From NCBI GenBank assembly GCA_964016885.1, contig OZ024756.1, positions 9,920,001 to 9,984,000 on the forward strand: a stretch of DNA of 64,000 nucleotides. Reading direction: 5' to 3'. The position numbers and the translations under genes are program-made. This DNA comes from Eledone cirrhosa. Its lineage: Eukaryota. This document shows, piece after piece, positions 40,181-54,387 of the stretch. The first letter of the stretch is position 1. Each line of letters begins with the position of its first letter. The notes under the pieces are model-generated. The model did not search any database. It was given only the letters and a program-made list of their open reading frames with translations, and was not told the DNA's origin.

Positions 40181-40636
40181 AATCAACATCAATATTTAGC
40201 GATAATCACCATCAGTGTTTGAGGGAGCTGCTAGGTTGTTAGTCCAGCAGTTCTAAAGAAAATCTCACACTGTCTCGAAAATGAGAGGAATGAGGCTACC
40301 GCCAAAAATAATACATGCGCAGTTCTCTGACAAGAATTCAAACCACGTGCTTATATATATAACCATACACTGTATTGGTATCAGATATCTTCAACTAAAT
40401 GTTCAACATAATACAGGACAACTTTATATCAACTGATTCTTAATTAGAGAAATGCTTCACTCTTGGTTTTTTTGCCTTTTGGTTTATATTTGGTTCTTTT
40501 TTGGCTTTTATTTTTGTTTCTTGTTTCTTCTGATTCTCAGCTTTGGCTGGTGAAATGTTCTTCATTTTACTTATTTCAATATGGATGTTAAACGAAGATG
40601 ATGATGATGATGATGATGACATATGTATATACATAT

Positions 40637-41443
40637 ATCTATCTATCTATCTATCTAGGGCGGGTTAAATTCCCGAGATTCATGGACGAGTTCTCTCCAG
40701 CGGTCTCTGTCCCTCATTATCACTACCATGTCCTGCGTCTCCAACAGACCAGTGTCTGTCCTTAGGGCATCAACATACGTTAACCTTAGTCTTCCTCTTC
40801 CAGTGTGTCTATGCAGGGTCTCCCACAGGAGCACTGAGTGCAGTGTCAACTCTGGATGTTGGTGAGCATGTCCAGCTAACCTCAGTCTCCTCTGTGTCAC
40901 TTTTGAGCTGACTTTTGGGAGACTCCCATACAGCTCTGAGTTTTTCATCCTCAGTGTATACTGATTAATGTTCAGAGCCATCCTCAGCATTCTCGTGTAG
41001 CACCCATCCACCATCTGAGTGAGTTTCTTGGTCAGTGTCCAAGTCTCAGACCCGTACAGCAACACAGACTCCACTACAGCAATGAAGAGGCGGATCTTCA
41101 GGTCTGCACGAAGGTCCGACTTCCACATCGATCTCAAACTGACATCGGATGCTGATTTTGCCGACGACATAGTTTTGGTGATAAATACAGTGAAGGAGGC
41201 AGAGGATTTGATGCAGGAGGTTGAGACTGTGTCGATGAGTGTGGGGTTGAGAATGAATGAGACTAAAACAAAATGTCTGGTAGAGAATGTTGAGAAGTTA
41301 GAGGGGATTACTAATGTAGGCGGGAAGCCGCTGGAATTAGTTGAGGACTTCCTGTGTTTCGGAGCAAAGATTAGGAATACGGAAGATGATGTGGTTGAGA
41401 GGAAGAGCAAAGCCTGGGTGGTGTGTCACAGTTTGAGATCGGA
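40637..41443 (-). mobile_element. RTE-clade family C (RTE-X-like) insertion with 5' inversion and (TAGA)n tail
   Basis: Minus arm to about 41140: SLRSMWKS...LLYGSETW...RRLRLAGH...EFNPP*. Plus arm 41140-41443: DADFADDIVL...AWVVCHSLRS. Confidence 0.88.
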
Positions 41444-41462
41444 TATATATACATATATATAT

Positions 41463-41499
<37 letters not shown>

Positions 41500-41504
<5 letters not shown>

Positions 41505-41712
41505 TTATTAAAATAACAGATTAAAGTTTAACCAAAGAATCGCTGCTTTCACCCTTAACGGGATCTTCTGAGAGTTTCAGAAGATCCCGTTAAGGGTGAA
41601 AGCAACGATTCTTTGGTTAAACTTTAATCTGTTATTTTAATAAATTGATATATATATATTATCCTTATCGAGCCCTCTTCTGATTTTAGTCTTCACGTTT
41701 ATTATTATTACT
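41500..41712. mobile_element. Mini hairpin of the main PLE family terminus
   Basis: About 70-bp arms inverted around 41572, then the tail; in (TA)n. Confidence 0.85.
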
Positions 41713-42069
41713 ATATATATATATAATAAGAACAGTGTGGGATGCCTCCCAGATCATGAGCTGTCTTCCTGAGAAACATTTGAAACCAGGGTGAGCAATA
41801 AATCTCCTATGTAATTATATACACTCTCATCTACATCGAGTGCTGATTTGGTTCTCTCACCAGTTTTCTTCGAACTTACTGAACCTTTTGCACATATTAT
41901 GTGGTGCTATTAAGTTAGACATGGCCCGGGGCCAATTCTGGTCAAAACCTATCAAAGTTATTAAGTATAGATACACACACACACATATACATATATATAT
42001 ATATACACACATATGCTAGGATGTATGTGTATATATATTTATTTACACATACACACACATATATATATA

Positions 42070-42144
42070 TTGGGGTCCGAAAAAATGTATACACATTTTG
42101 ATTAGAATGATGTTGAAGTGTGTATACAATTTTGGGGACACCCT
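42070..42144. mobile_element. Tiny Tc1/mariner-type MITE remnant
   Basis: Imperfect TIRs ggggtccgaaaaaatgtatacaca / tgtgtatacaattttggggacaccc in TA context. Confidence 0.45.
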
Positions 42145-42199
42145 ATATATATATCATCATCATCATCGTTTAACGTCCATTTTCCACGCTAGCATGGGT

Positions 42200-42232
<33 letters not shown>

Positions 42233-43226
42233 TAAAATAACAGATTAAAGTTTAAGCAAAGAATCGCTGCTTTCACCCTTAACGGGATCTTCTGAAACTA
42301 ACAAAGTCAATCTGTAAACGCAGAACTGGATATTTCAAAAAACGTTGCAACTGGAGGAAGACAGGAAGACGATACTTTGGTTCGTGGTAACGTTCGCTGG
42401 CAAAGAACGGGAAAAAACGAATAATACATCATTAATAGGAGCCGTGAAAAACAATTACGCGCAAAGACAGAACCACGTTTATGGTATAAAAGAGGTCGTA
42501 GACTAATGTTCTCTTAGGTGGTGCATAGAGACGTTCTCTGGCAATGAACGAAAAAACGAAGATAATAAGTCAAATGTGGAGCGTGGAGAACAATAGCACG
42601 CAAAGACAAAATCACGTAAATGGTAAGCAGAAGTCGTAGACTAAAATTCTAACTAGGAGACCAAATGAATCTCCGCTACAAAGTTAAGAACAAAGTAAAT
42701 AAATACAATACAGAAGTAATAGAAACAAATAAATACATACACGCAAACAGATACGTACATACACAAGCATACGCAAAACCTTACCATAGGTATACAAAAC
42801 CACGCACATATAAATATGTGTGTGTGTGTATGCTTGTGTACAAATAAATAAATAATTATATAAACGTATATAAGTAAATAAATACGTATATAAAAAGCGC
42901 ACACGCATACCTACATATAAATACATGCATGTTCGGAGACGTAAGTCAACTAAAACAAGAAGTACACATATACACACACCCACCATACGTACGAACCTGC
43001 ATACTCACGCAGACGCAAAACTCCCGTATACACATAGCCAAACCCTAAATAGCAGAATATGTAAAAAATTATACGCCATAACAGTCAAATATACGTACGA
43101 GAAGGTATACATACCTTCACAAAACATACAGGTAATATATACTTACCTATGCAAATAAGTAAAGGAATAAACAAACATATACTTAGCTCCCACATCAAGA
43201 CGTAAAATATCCACGTATAGATTGTG

Positions 43227-44241
43227 CTATCCGTTAGGGTATAACGTGGGGCTGTAATATAGGAAAGTTTTGTGCAATTTATGTTTACAAGCCGAAATTG
43301 CCTCAGATTTTTTGTTTAAGATGTGGTCTGTGGCGTAGAGTATTTCCAGGGCCTCAGCGGCGCAGAGGTCACATGGTCTTTTATTTCCGTTATACGATCT
43401 AGCCCTAGCTAGGATCTCCCAGTGTAACTGATATTGGGTGTAGTTGTCTTTTAGACTCCAGATATAAGCTGAAAGTGACGTCATATTCCTTCTAAGAGGG
43501 TAACGAAAAGAATGGGTATGCATGTAAAGACGCTGCTTGAAACTATTGGCGGTTAACCCTATGTAGGCCCTACGGGACGTGGGTGTTACAACCTTACATT
43601 TGTAGACAATGTCACTAGAGAGGCATTTCCTGGATAGGGGGCAATCAGCCCGATTCCTACAATTACAGTTAGTACTAACTACAGGTTGCACGTGTTCCTA
43701 CGGCTAGGTAGTTTAGCTAAATTTGAAGCTGTGATGTTATGTGCAAGGTTAGGAGTCGTAGAGTAAGAAATTTTAATAGTATTTCTATTGAAAATTTTAC
43801 TATATTTATGTGTAGGGGGAAAATGCTTCGTAATAAGGGAAAGAAAGATCTTAGCTAATGGTGTGGCCACCTCCATATTATATGGTGGGTTAAACCAACA
43901 AATGCGACGGGATCTATTTCTTCTAGGTCTATTTTCATACTCAGTATATGCTACCTTATCGACAAATCCACTTCGAGCAAGAGCTTCATTGTAAAAAGTG
44001 GAATGGTCGTTGAAAATGCGCTCGTTGGTGGAAAGACGGGAAAGCCTCAACGAAACGTTTCTTACCAGGTTCTTGGTTATGTTGGCAGGATGGTTGGAAT
44101 GCTTACTTATGTAATTAAGCGTATCATTCGGCTTTCTATACGGGTAATACAACCCATTCAATAAATTGAGGGTAACGTTGAGGTAGATAACGACCGAGAG
44201 ATTGGCCTCAACCTGTATAGAGAGGTTGAAGCCTTTAAAGA
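43227..44241 (-). pseudogene. PLE RT-thumb, Cys linker and GIY-YIG endonuclease (frameshifted, 5'-truncated)
   Basis: YPYRKPND...HSNHP; WFNPPY; CNCRNRADCPL..KCL; DIVYKC...AYIGLTANSFKQRLYMH; CDLCAAE; LNKKSEAISACKH. Confidence 0.9.
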
Positions 44242-45351
44242 AGCTAGGGCTAGATCGTATAACGGAAATAAAAGACCATGTGACCTCTGCGCCGCTGAGG
44301 CCCTGGAAATACTCTACGCCACAGACCACATCTTAAACAAAAAATCTGAGGCAATTTCGGCTTGTAAACATAAATTGCACAAAACCTTCCTATATTACAG
44401 CCCCACGTTATACCCTAACGGATAGTACGATCTATACGTGGATATTTTACGTCTTGATGTGGGAGCTAATTATATGTTTGTTTATTCCTTTACTTATTTG
44501 CATAGGTAAGTATATATTACCTGTATGTTTTGTGAAGGTATGTATACCTTCTCGTACGTATATTTGACTGTTATGGCGTATAATTTTTACATATTCTGGT
44601 ATTTAGGGTTTGGCTATGTGTATACGGGAGTTTTGCGTCTGTGTGAGTATGCAGGTTCGTACGTATGGTGGGTGTGTGTATATGTGTACTTCTTGTTTTA
44701 GTTGACTTACGTCTCCGAACATGCGTGTATTTATATGTAGGTATGCGTGTGCGCTTTTTATATACGTATTTATTTACTTATATACGTTTATATAATTATT
44801 TATTTATTTGTACGCAAGCATACACACACACACACATTTATATGTGCGTGGTTTTGTATACCTATGGTAAGGTTTTGCGTATGCTTGTGTATGTACGTAT
44901 CTGTTTGCATGTATGTATTTATTTGTTTCTATTACTTCTGTATTGTATTTATTTACTTTGTTCTTAACTCTGTAGCGGAGATTCATTTGGTCTCCTAGTT
45001 AGAATTTTAGTCTACGACTTCTGCTTACCATTTACGTGATTTTGTCTTTGCGTGCTATTGTTCTCCACGCTCCACATTTGACTTATTATCTTCGTTTTTT
45101 CGTTCATTGCCAGAGAACGTCTCTATGCACCACCTAAGAGAACATTAGTCTACGACCTCTTTTATACCATAAACGTGGTTCTGTCTTTGCGCGTAATTGT
45201 TTTTCAAGGCTCCTATTAATGACGTATTATTCGTTTTTTCCCGTTCTTTGCCAGCGAACGTTACCACGAACCAAAGTATCGTCTTCCTGTCTTCCTCCGG
45301 TTGCAACGTTTTTTGAAATATCCAGTTCTGCGTTTACAGATTGACTTTGTT

Positions 45352-45402
45352 AGTTTCAGAAGATCCCGTTAAGGGTGAAAGCAGTGATTCTTTGCTTAAA
45401 CT
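45352..45402 (+). ncRNA. Variant hammerhead motif with CAGAAGA core (mirror copy at 42249-42299, minus strand)
   Basis: agttt CAGAAGA tccc gttaa gggt GAA agca gtgattctt tgct T aaact. Confidence 0.55.
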
Positions 45403-45508
45403 TTAATCTGTTATTTTAATAAATATTTGCTCTACGGTTCTTATATATTTGATATATATTTTCCTTATCGAGCCCTCTTTGGATTTTAGTCTTCAATTTT
45501 ATTATTAT

Positions 45509-45556
<48 letters not shown>

Positions 45557-45673
45557 TATTCTGGGTTGAATCGGAGGTAACCACAGTAAGTAAGGTACTC
45601 AATACATTGCATGGTATAAAAGTTTTAATATAGATGAGATTCTACAGGACTAGAACTGTTTAGAAATCATCAG

Positions 45674-45722
45674 GATTCCTGATGATTTCTAAAGAATGAA
45701 ACAGTTCTAGTTCTGTAGAATC
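45674..45722 (+). ncRNA. Type-I hammerhead motif within a small inverted-repeat insertion (45555-45730)
   Basis: gattc CTGATGA tttc taaa gaat GAA acag ttctagtt ctgt A gaatc; GUA site. Confidence 0.75.
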
Positions 45723-45725
45723 TCA

Positions 45726-45759
<34 letters not shown>

Positions 45760-45811
45760 TGTACATATTGTGTATTTATATATTCCATGCTAGCATGGGT
45801 TAGATATATAT

Positions 45812-46135
45812 ATATATGAATGTATATACAGTGTATTTCGCAATACATTGTATGCTTAATTAAAAGCATTTTGAAGACCTTACGCTATTGTTTTAAAGTA
45901 GTGACTATGTCACTTACTTCTTTTTTCAACAAACAAAGGGAGATAACCTGACAGATCTCTGTTTCATACAGTTGGTATTCCTCAGTTGAAAAAAGAAGTA
46001 AGTGACATAGTCACTACTTTAAAACAATAGTGTAAGGTCTTCAAAATGCTTTTAATTAAGCATACAATGTATTGCGAAATACATTGTATATCCATTCATA
46101 TAGACATCGCTATTTCAGAGCACCAATTCTAATAT
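45812..46135. mobile_element. Hairpin insertion (about 115-bp inverted arms) with a hammerhead core in the spacer (45947-45985, minus)
   Basis: Arms 45815-45930 / 45985-46101. Spacer on minus: CTGAGGA atac caact gtat GAA acag agat ctgt C. Confidence 0.75.
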
Positions 46136-46274
46136 ATATATATATGTTAAGAAAGTGTTGGGAGGACTGTTGAGCTGTGTCAGAGTCTTGACAATCCCCC
46201 TAGTGCTGGTGCCATGATAAGCTTGTTACAGCCTCAGACTATATGTAAGCTAAATATTTTACTTTTATTATTAG

Positions 46275-47812
46275 GCTATGCTTTGGCGCATAGAGTTACG
46301 GCCCTTGCCATTCTGAGTTCAAATCCCGCCGAGATTAACTTTGCCTTTCATCCTTACGGGGTCGATAAAATAAAGTACCAGTAATACACTGGCTAATTGC
46401 TGGCCTTGTGCCTAAAGTAGAAACAATTATTAGGTCGGTGGATTGGCAGTACCAGTAGAGGGTCAGACGCCATACTTTGATGCACAGAGTTACGGCCCTT
46501 TATGGTCTGAGTTCAAATTCCGCTGAGGTTAACTTTGCCTTTCATCCTTACAGGGTCGATAAAATAAAGTACCAGTAATGTACTGGGATAATTTCTGGCC
46601 TTGTGCCAAAAGTAGAAACAATTATTAGATTGGCAGTAATTGGTAGAGCAGAGGTTCTCAAAGTGGGAGCTACTGCCCCTGGGGGGTGTTTAGAAGGTCC
46701 AGTGGGGGCACTGCGGTCTAAGGGGGCAGTAGAGATGATATAATAGTATATTAAATATCAAATAATACATATATATAAATATAGTAAAATAAAAATATAT
46801 ATTTATTTATACATAGTATATTATATTATACATTGTATATTATAATATTTATACATAGTATATTATATTATACATTGTATATTATAATATTTATACATAG
46901 TATATTATATTATACATTGTATATTATAATATTTATACATAGTATATTATATTATACATTGTATATTATATTTATACATAGTATATTATATTATACATTG
47001 TATATTATAATATTTATACATAGTATATTATATTATACATTGTATATTATAATATTTATACATAGTATATTATATTATACATTGTATATTATAATATTTA
47101 TTCATAGTATATTATATTATACATTGTATATTATAATATTTATACATAGTATATTATATTATACATTGTATATTATAATATTTATACATAGTATATTATA
47201 TTATACATTGTATATTATAATATTTATACATAGTATATTATATTATACATTGTATATTATAATATTTATACATAGTATATTATATTATACATTGTATATT
47301 ATAATATTTATATATAGTATATTATATTATACATTGTATATTATAATATTTATACATAGTATATTATATTATACATTGTATATTATAATATTTATACATA
47401 GTATATTATATTATACATTGTATATTATAATATTTATACATAGTATATATTATATTATTTATTATATATAAATTAACGATTTTATTTATTATATATTATT
47501 TACAACTTGTGTGTAGGTAGGTCTGTCTGGAAATAGGGGGGTGGGGTGCTGAGGGTATTACGTGGATGTGAGGGGGGGGACTGAGGGTATTACGTGTCAA
47601 TAAAGGGGGGTGGGAGTGGCCCCAAAAGTTTGAGAACCTCTACGGTAGAGTGTCAGACATACCTTGTGGCATATAGTTATCGACACTTTAGTTCCTGAGC
47701 TTAGCTGTGCCTTTCAATGGTATGGAGGTCAATAAAATAAAGTATCAGTAATAAACTGGGGTTAAATTACTCAACCTCCAATTGCCGGCCTCGTGCCTAA
47801 ATCAAACTATTT
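46275..47812 (+). mobile_element. Three tandem SINE-like family D units, the third split by a hAT MITE
   Basis: Repeated ctgagttcaaat.ccgc.gag...ataaaataaagtaccagtaa...aaacaattatta. Confidence 0.7.
46649..47642. mobile_element. hAT-type MITE containing a 42-bp AT-rich minisatellite (about 46805-47450, about 15 copies)
   Basis: TIRs cagaggttctcaaa / tttgagaacctcta; 8-bp TSD tggtagag / cggtagag. Confidence 0.85.
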
Positions 47813-48459
47813 ACAATGTAGAAGGCAGAAGTGGTAGAGCATCAGATAAACTGTTATTGTGCTATTGGTTCTCACTCTTGGTTGTCCAAGATTGATCCAG
47901 GGTCAAACACCAACACATACAGACGCATTTCACACATACATACACACATACATACACAGAGACATATATACACACATACATACACAGAGACATATACACA
48001 TACATACATGCACACAGACATACACACATACACACAAACATATACAAACACATACACACCAATACACATACACACCAATACACATACATACACACCCACA
48101 TACATGTGCACATTACACACACACTCATACACACATTTCCACTAATCTATTCGTTGGTTAGTTTAGTAACTGAATAATTATTAAATTAAATTTCTTTGGT
48201 CAGAAGATGGGTTAAATAAATCTGAATGAAAAGGGACAAGTCATTGAAAAGGTTACAGTGTGTTACGAAAGATATTTGAGAATAATGACTAACCATAGAT
48301 TAGTTAGGTAATAATCTAATGAAAGTGTTTGTGTCACTATTGGCCACATGACCCACCTAAACTATGACCCTACTATAACTGCCTGAACACATAATTTCAC
48401 ATCAAGAATATTGCAAAATAAATACAAAAAAAGTGGGTTTGTATATTTCCACACGCACT

Positions 48460-48540
<81 letters not shown>

Positions 48541-48952
48541 CCATCATCACCATCATCATCATCATTTAATGGCTATTTTCCATGGTCTAGGCATTATGTG
48601 TGTATATAGTATAGAAATCCTCTGCTCTAGTTTACATATCACATGGCTTTTTATTACATTATTAATTTTATGATATTTGCTTTATGGGGTATGTTATAAA
48701 GAGAGGAGAAGGAGGCTGAGGAGGGGTTTCGCCTCCTTCCCTCTTCTTAATTTCTTCTGTAAACAAAAGTTGCAGCAACAGCAGCAGCAGCCAGTCAACC
48801 TGCCAGGCTCTGTTGCTTTCAAAGAAGGAATTCTACTAGTTTTGAGATGGCTTGTAGATATACACATATACACACCCTCTCTCACATAAATAAATAGATA
48901 TACGTGTGCATGTGCAAGTAAGTCTTTATGTTTGTGTTCATATGTGTATGTA

Positions 48953-48984
<32 letters not shown>

Positions 48985-48990
<6 letters not shown>

Positions 48991-49841
48991 ATTATAATAA
49001 AATGACAGGAGGCTGGACTTGTGTAAATCCTTGAAAGGTTTATTATACTATGATCATTTCAATGACCGGGTTCCGTATGAATCCAGTGATATCATCAGGT
49101 ATTCGAAATACAATAAATGAATGTAATAGGTAAAATCCATGGGGCTGAAAATCAAAGACAGGAGGACGACCGACCATCTAGCATCTTCCACTTTAGCCGG
49201 TCGCCCTCAAGTGCTGGCTATTCGGTCTACTTGAGGCTATCTGGTGAGGGGGCTAATTGTTTGACAGTGCTAACGTATGCGACTTGGTTGGCCTATTTAT
49301 TTTAGACATATTACGTGTTAGATTCCTGGACTTCCACACGGGAATATACCGCAACAATGGACTGACCTTATGAAGCCATAAAAGTGGCCACGACCTCGAC
49401 CGGTTTAGAAGAGACTTAGCTTCTACCTTCAATGAGTTAGGACTTAGGATAACAGTAGCTACCAACCTCTCTAGCGTAGATTTCTTAGACATTAATTTAG
49501 ACCTTCGCACATACACCAGCAGACCCTTCCGTAACCTTAACGAAAAACTCAATTACATTCACAAGGACTCATGCCACCCTCCCCTGTTTTTAGAAACTTT
49601 GTAAATAATATCAGTACTAGAATCTCAAACCTCCCCTCTAATTTGACAGAGCGGCACCCTACTATAACACGGCGTTACCTTACAGTGGCTTCTCACAACC
49701 TATCACTTACTCTACCACTAACAACGACAGGAATAAGAAAAGAAAGCGTAACAATAGACAAACTATCTGGTTCTCTCCTCCCTTCTCGCTCAACGTTAAA
49801 ACCAATGTAGGCAAAAAATTTCTAGCCCTCTTAGATAGACC
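48985..49841 (+). mobile_element. PLE RT fragment (49256-49841, plus) preceded by an inverted pLTR piece (48985-49255, minus)
   Basis: FDSANVCDLVGLFILD...GIYRNNGL...VDFLDINLDL...LNYIHKDSCHPP...WFSPPFS; hammerhead on the minus strand upstream. Confidence 0.85.
49045..49102 (-). ncRNA. Minimal type-I hammerhead motif with palindromic stem III
   Basis: Minus strand: atac CTGATGA tatcactggattc atacg gaacccggtcatt GAA at gatc at A gtat. Confidence 0.8.
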
Positions 49842-50982
49842 CTTGTGTACCCAGGATCTACATTGTGTGCATTTTATAGAATTTATGCCAGTTCCTTTTC
49901 TGCATATCGAACATGGCCATTTCCCTGACGCAATCAGAATTTTGTCTTCTTTTCTACTCATCAACACTTTTGTCTTAGCTAGGTTCACTCTCAGTCCTCT
50001 TGCTTCCAACTGCTGTTTCCATAGCCAGAACTTATTCTCTAGCTCCTCTACTGATTCTGCTATAAGAACCAGATCGTCAGCATAGAGAAGTTCCCATGGA
50101 CAGCCAGTCTTAAACTCCTCTGTTGTGGCTTGGAGGACTATAATGAACAAGAGCGGGCTGAGGACCAAACCCTGATGTACCCCTACTTGTATCTGGAATT
50201 CCTCACTAAACTCCATTCCTACCCTAACTTTACTGACAGCACCTCTGTACAAAGTTTGCACTGTCCTCACAAGCCATTCCTCAACACCTAGTTTCCTTAG
50301 GGACCACCAGATGACAGATCGGGGTACCCTATCAAAGGCCTTCTCTAGGTCAACAAAAGCTAAGTATAGTGGCTTATTCTTCTCTAAGAACCTCTCTTGT
50401 AATTGTCTCACCAAGAAGAGGGCATATGTTGTACTTTTCCGAGGCACAAAACCAAACTGCATCTCATCTAGTTTGACCCTTTCTCTAATTACTTGTGCTA
50501 ATATCCTTTCTGCTACTTTCATAACCTGATCCATCAGTTTTATACCCCTAATTGCTCTTATCCAGATCATCCCCTTTACCTTTGTAGCAATTTATGAGAA
50601 TACTGCTGCACCACTCATTGGGTATGACACCACTATATATAGCCTGATTGATGATGCGTGCAACCAGTTTAGTGCCTACGTCCTCTGATGCCTTCGGCAT
50701 CTCAGCAACTATCCCCAACGGTCCAGCGGCCTTACCATTTTTCATTTCCTTAATCGCCTCTTGGACCCTATATTCGTCAATCTCAATAGCTGGTACCTCT
50801 GTCTGATCTACTGGGGGTAATTTCTCTCTGTCCCATTCATTCTCCACATTCATCAGTCTCTCATAATGACATTTCCAGGCCTCCTTTTTCTGATCATTCG
50901 TGACACTAAGTACACCGACATCATTCCAGACACATTTATCTCCAACAACATCCTGATTTGCATTGACACACTGCCTTGCAAT
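49842..50982 (-). mobile_element. RTE family A RT fragment, truncated at both ends
   Basis: ORFs 50548-50853 and 49707-50570: FVDLEKAFDRVPR, GVHQG, LYADDLVL. Confidence 0.95.
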
Positions 50983-51118
50983 ATGTATATATATATGTAT
51001 ATATAATCATCATCATCATTTTACGTCCGCTTGTATGTACGTATATGGATGCGTGTATGTATTTATTTAATTTGAATTACCTCTGTATTTTATTTACTTT
51101 AATCTTAACTCTGAAGCC

Positions 51119-51172
<54 letters not shown>

Positions 51173-51833
51173 TATAGTGGTGTCACCCAGTATCGGGGCC
51201 CCAAAACTCTGGCTACACTGTGAGATGGGGTTGGGCTTCAAAGATATGGTTCTGTTGTGAGACAGGTTTGGCACAGCCAGCAGGCATGTCCTTCCTTATC
51301 ACGGAGCCATACAGTTCCACGCTGTAAACATGGTTGGTGTTAGGAAGGGCATTTAGCTGTAAATAAATCAACCGAAATATTTGAGCCAGGCATAGTCCAA
51401 CCCTCTGGCCATAATATAATATGGACAACATGTCTAACCTTTTGCAGGCGTGTAAACTTGGTAAATGGTGATGAAGATAGACACACACACACATCGCATC
51501 GAACTTTGTTAGACTATATATATGTGTTTGTGTCTATATAGTATCTGTATTTTTGACCGTTGGTCAGTCAATGGTAACATTGCGGACCGAATAAATTAAA
51601 TTAACCGATATAAAAGACACAGAAGCGAAAACCAACCAAACAGTGAGTGTGTTCTGTTACTAATTCTGGCAATATTATTACACAAATATGACCATCCCCA
51701 TATATATATATATGTATTTATATATATGTATATAACCCATGCCAGTGTGGAAAATGGATGTTAAACGATGATGTTGAATGATGATATGATATACAAATAT
51801 ATATGTATATATATATAATATATATATATAATA

Positions 51834-52169
51834 TCATCATCATCATTTTACGTCGACTTTTTCCCTGCTTGCAAGGGTGGGACGGGAACTGATTCTGGCT
51901 TGATTTCTACAGCTGGATGCCCTTCCTAACACCAACCTCATTTACAGTGAGTGCTGGGTGCTTTTTTGCCATGGCACCTCCACGACCACTTTACAGTGGA
52001 ATGATAGGGACCCAAGTCCCTATCATCTCATTTCTACAGCTGAGTAAACTGGAGCAATGTGAAATAAAGTGCCTTGCTCAAGGAAACAACACATCACCTG
52101 GTCTTAGAATTGAACTCACAATATTTCGATTGCAAGGCCAATGCTCTAACCACTAAGCCATGTGCCTCC
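51834..52169 (-). mobile_element. SINE family A
   Basis: Near-identical to 7805-8146. Confidence 0.9.
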
Positions 52170-52970
<801 letters not shown>

Positions 52971-53417
52971 GTGTGTTTATGTAGGTGAACTAAGGAAGAT
53001 GTACTTTGATCTGCTGAGCTCATACATTCATACATGTAGCTTCGGCTAGGTGCAAACAGCTGCACACTTCCAGATTTGTTTGTTTTAAATCTTTTCTCCC
53101 CTGCTATGATGCCTTGATGGGATGATGGTGAATGGTGGATAACTCAGGGTGGGGCGCAAATGCCTGGGCCTAACAGATATGATACCCTGTATGAGAGAGT
53201 GGTGATTGGGGGGGTTGAAGGTTGTTGTAGGTACCAGACAGAAAAAGGGTGGAGTTTAGGGAAGATAATATTTATTGATCCCACACTCTCTCCTCCATTC
53301 TAAGGCTTTTTGGGGGTTTTATGTCTTGTATTTTTCTAGAAGGAGCAGTCCCTATTTTGTTTATTGTAGAAATAGTCTCTACTCTGCTTAAAAACCCTGA
53401 CTAACCTCTGGCTCAAA

Positions 53418-53454
53418 TATGTATATCTCTCTCTTTCTCTCTCTCTCCCTCCCC

Positions 53455-53535
<81 letters not shown>

Positions 53536-54315
53536 AATATATATATGTATATATATGTATATATATATATGTATATATATGTATATATATATATGTATAT
53601 ATATGTATATATATATATGTATATATATATATGTATATATATGTATATATATATGTATATATATATATATATGTATATATATGTATATGTATATATATGT
53701 ATATATATATATGTATATATATGTATATATATATGTATATATATGTATATATATGTATATATATATATATATGTATATATATGTATATATATGTATATAT
53801 ATATATATATGTATATATATGTATATATATGTATATATATATATATGTATATATGTATATATATATGTATATATGTATATATGTATATATATATATATAT
53901 GTATATATGTATATATGTGTATATATGTGTATATATGTGTATATATGTATATATATGTATATATATATATATATGTATATATGTATATGTATATATATAT
54001 ATGTATATGTATATATATGTATGTATATGTATATATATATATGTATATGTATATATATATATATGTATATGTATATATATATATATGTATGTATGTATAT
54101 ATATATGTATGTATATGTATATATATATATATATGTATGTATATATATATGTATGTATATGTATATATATATGTATGTATATGTATATATATATATATGT
54201 ATATGTATATATATATGTATGTATATGTATATATATATATATATGTATATATATATGTATGTATCTGTATATATATATATATGTATATATATATATTAGT
54301 TTTTATATATATTTA

Positions 54316-54387
<72 letters not shown>

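Larger units (their letters stand above)
42225..45512 (-). mobile_element. Penelope-like element with inverted pLTR (arms about 42225-43410 and 44242-45425, plus tail)
   Basis: RT C-terminal/thumb region (43679-44240) and GIY-YIG (43227-43691) on minus; about 1.18-kb near-identical inverted arm on plus; flanked by (TA)n. Confidence 0.95.

Noticed and set aside
41760-41810. Hammerhead at cctgagaaacatttgaaaccaggg
   Set aside because: Lacks G8 and convincing stems
43227-43700. Selenoprotein-type PLE (in-frame UGA at Cys positions)
   Set aside because: Conserved Cys positions are ordinary Cys codons here and no convincing SECIS was seen
48690-48850. Promoter or poly-Q exon
   Set aside because: Short CAG run with no splice or other support
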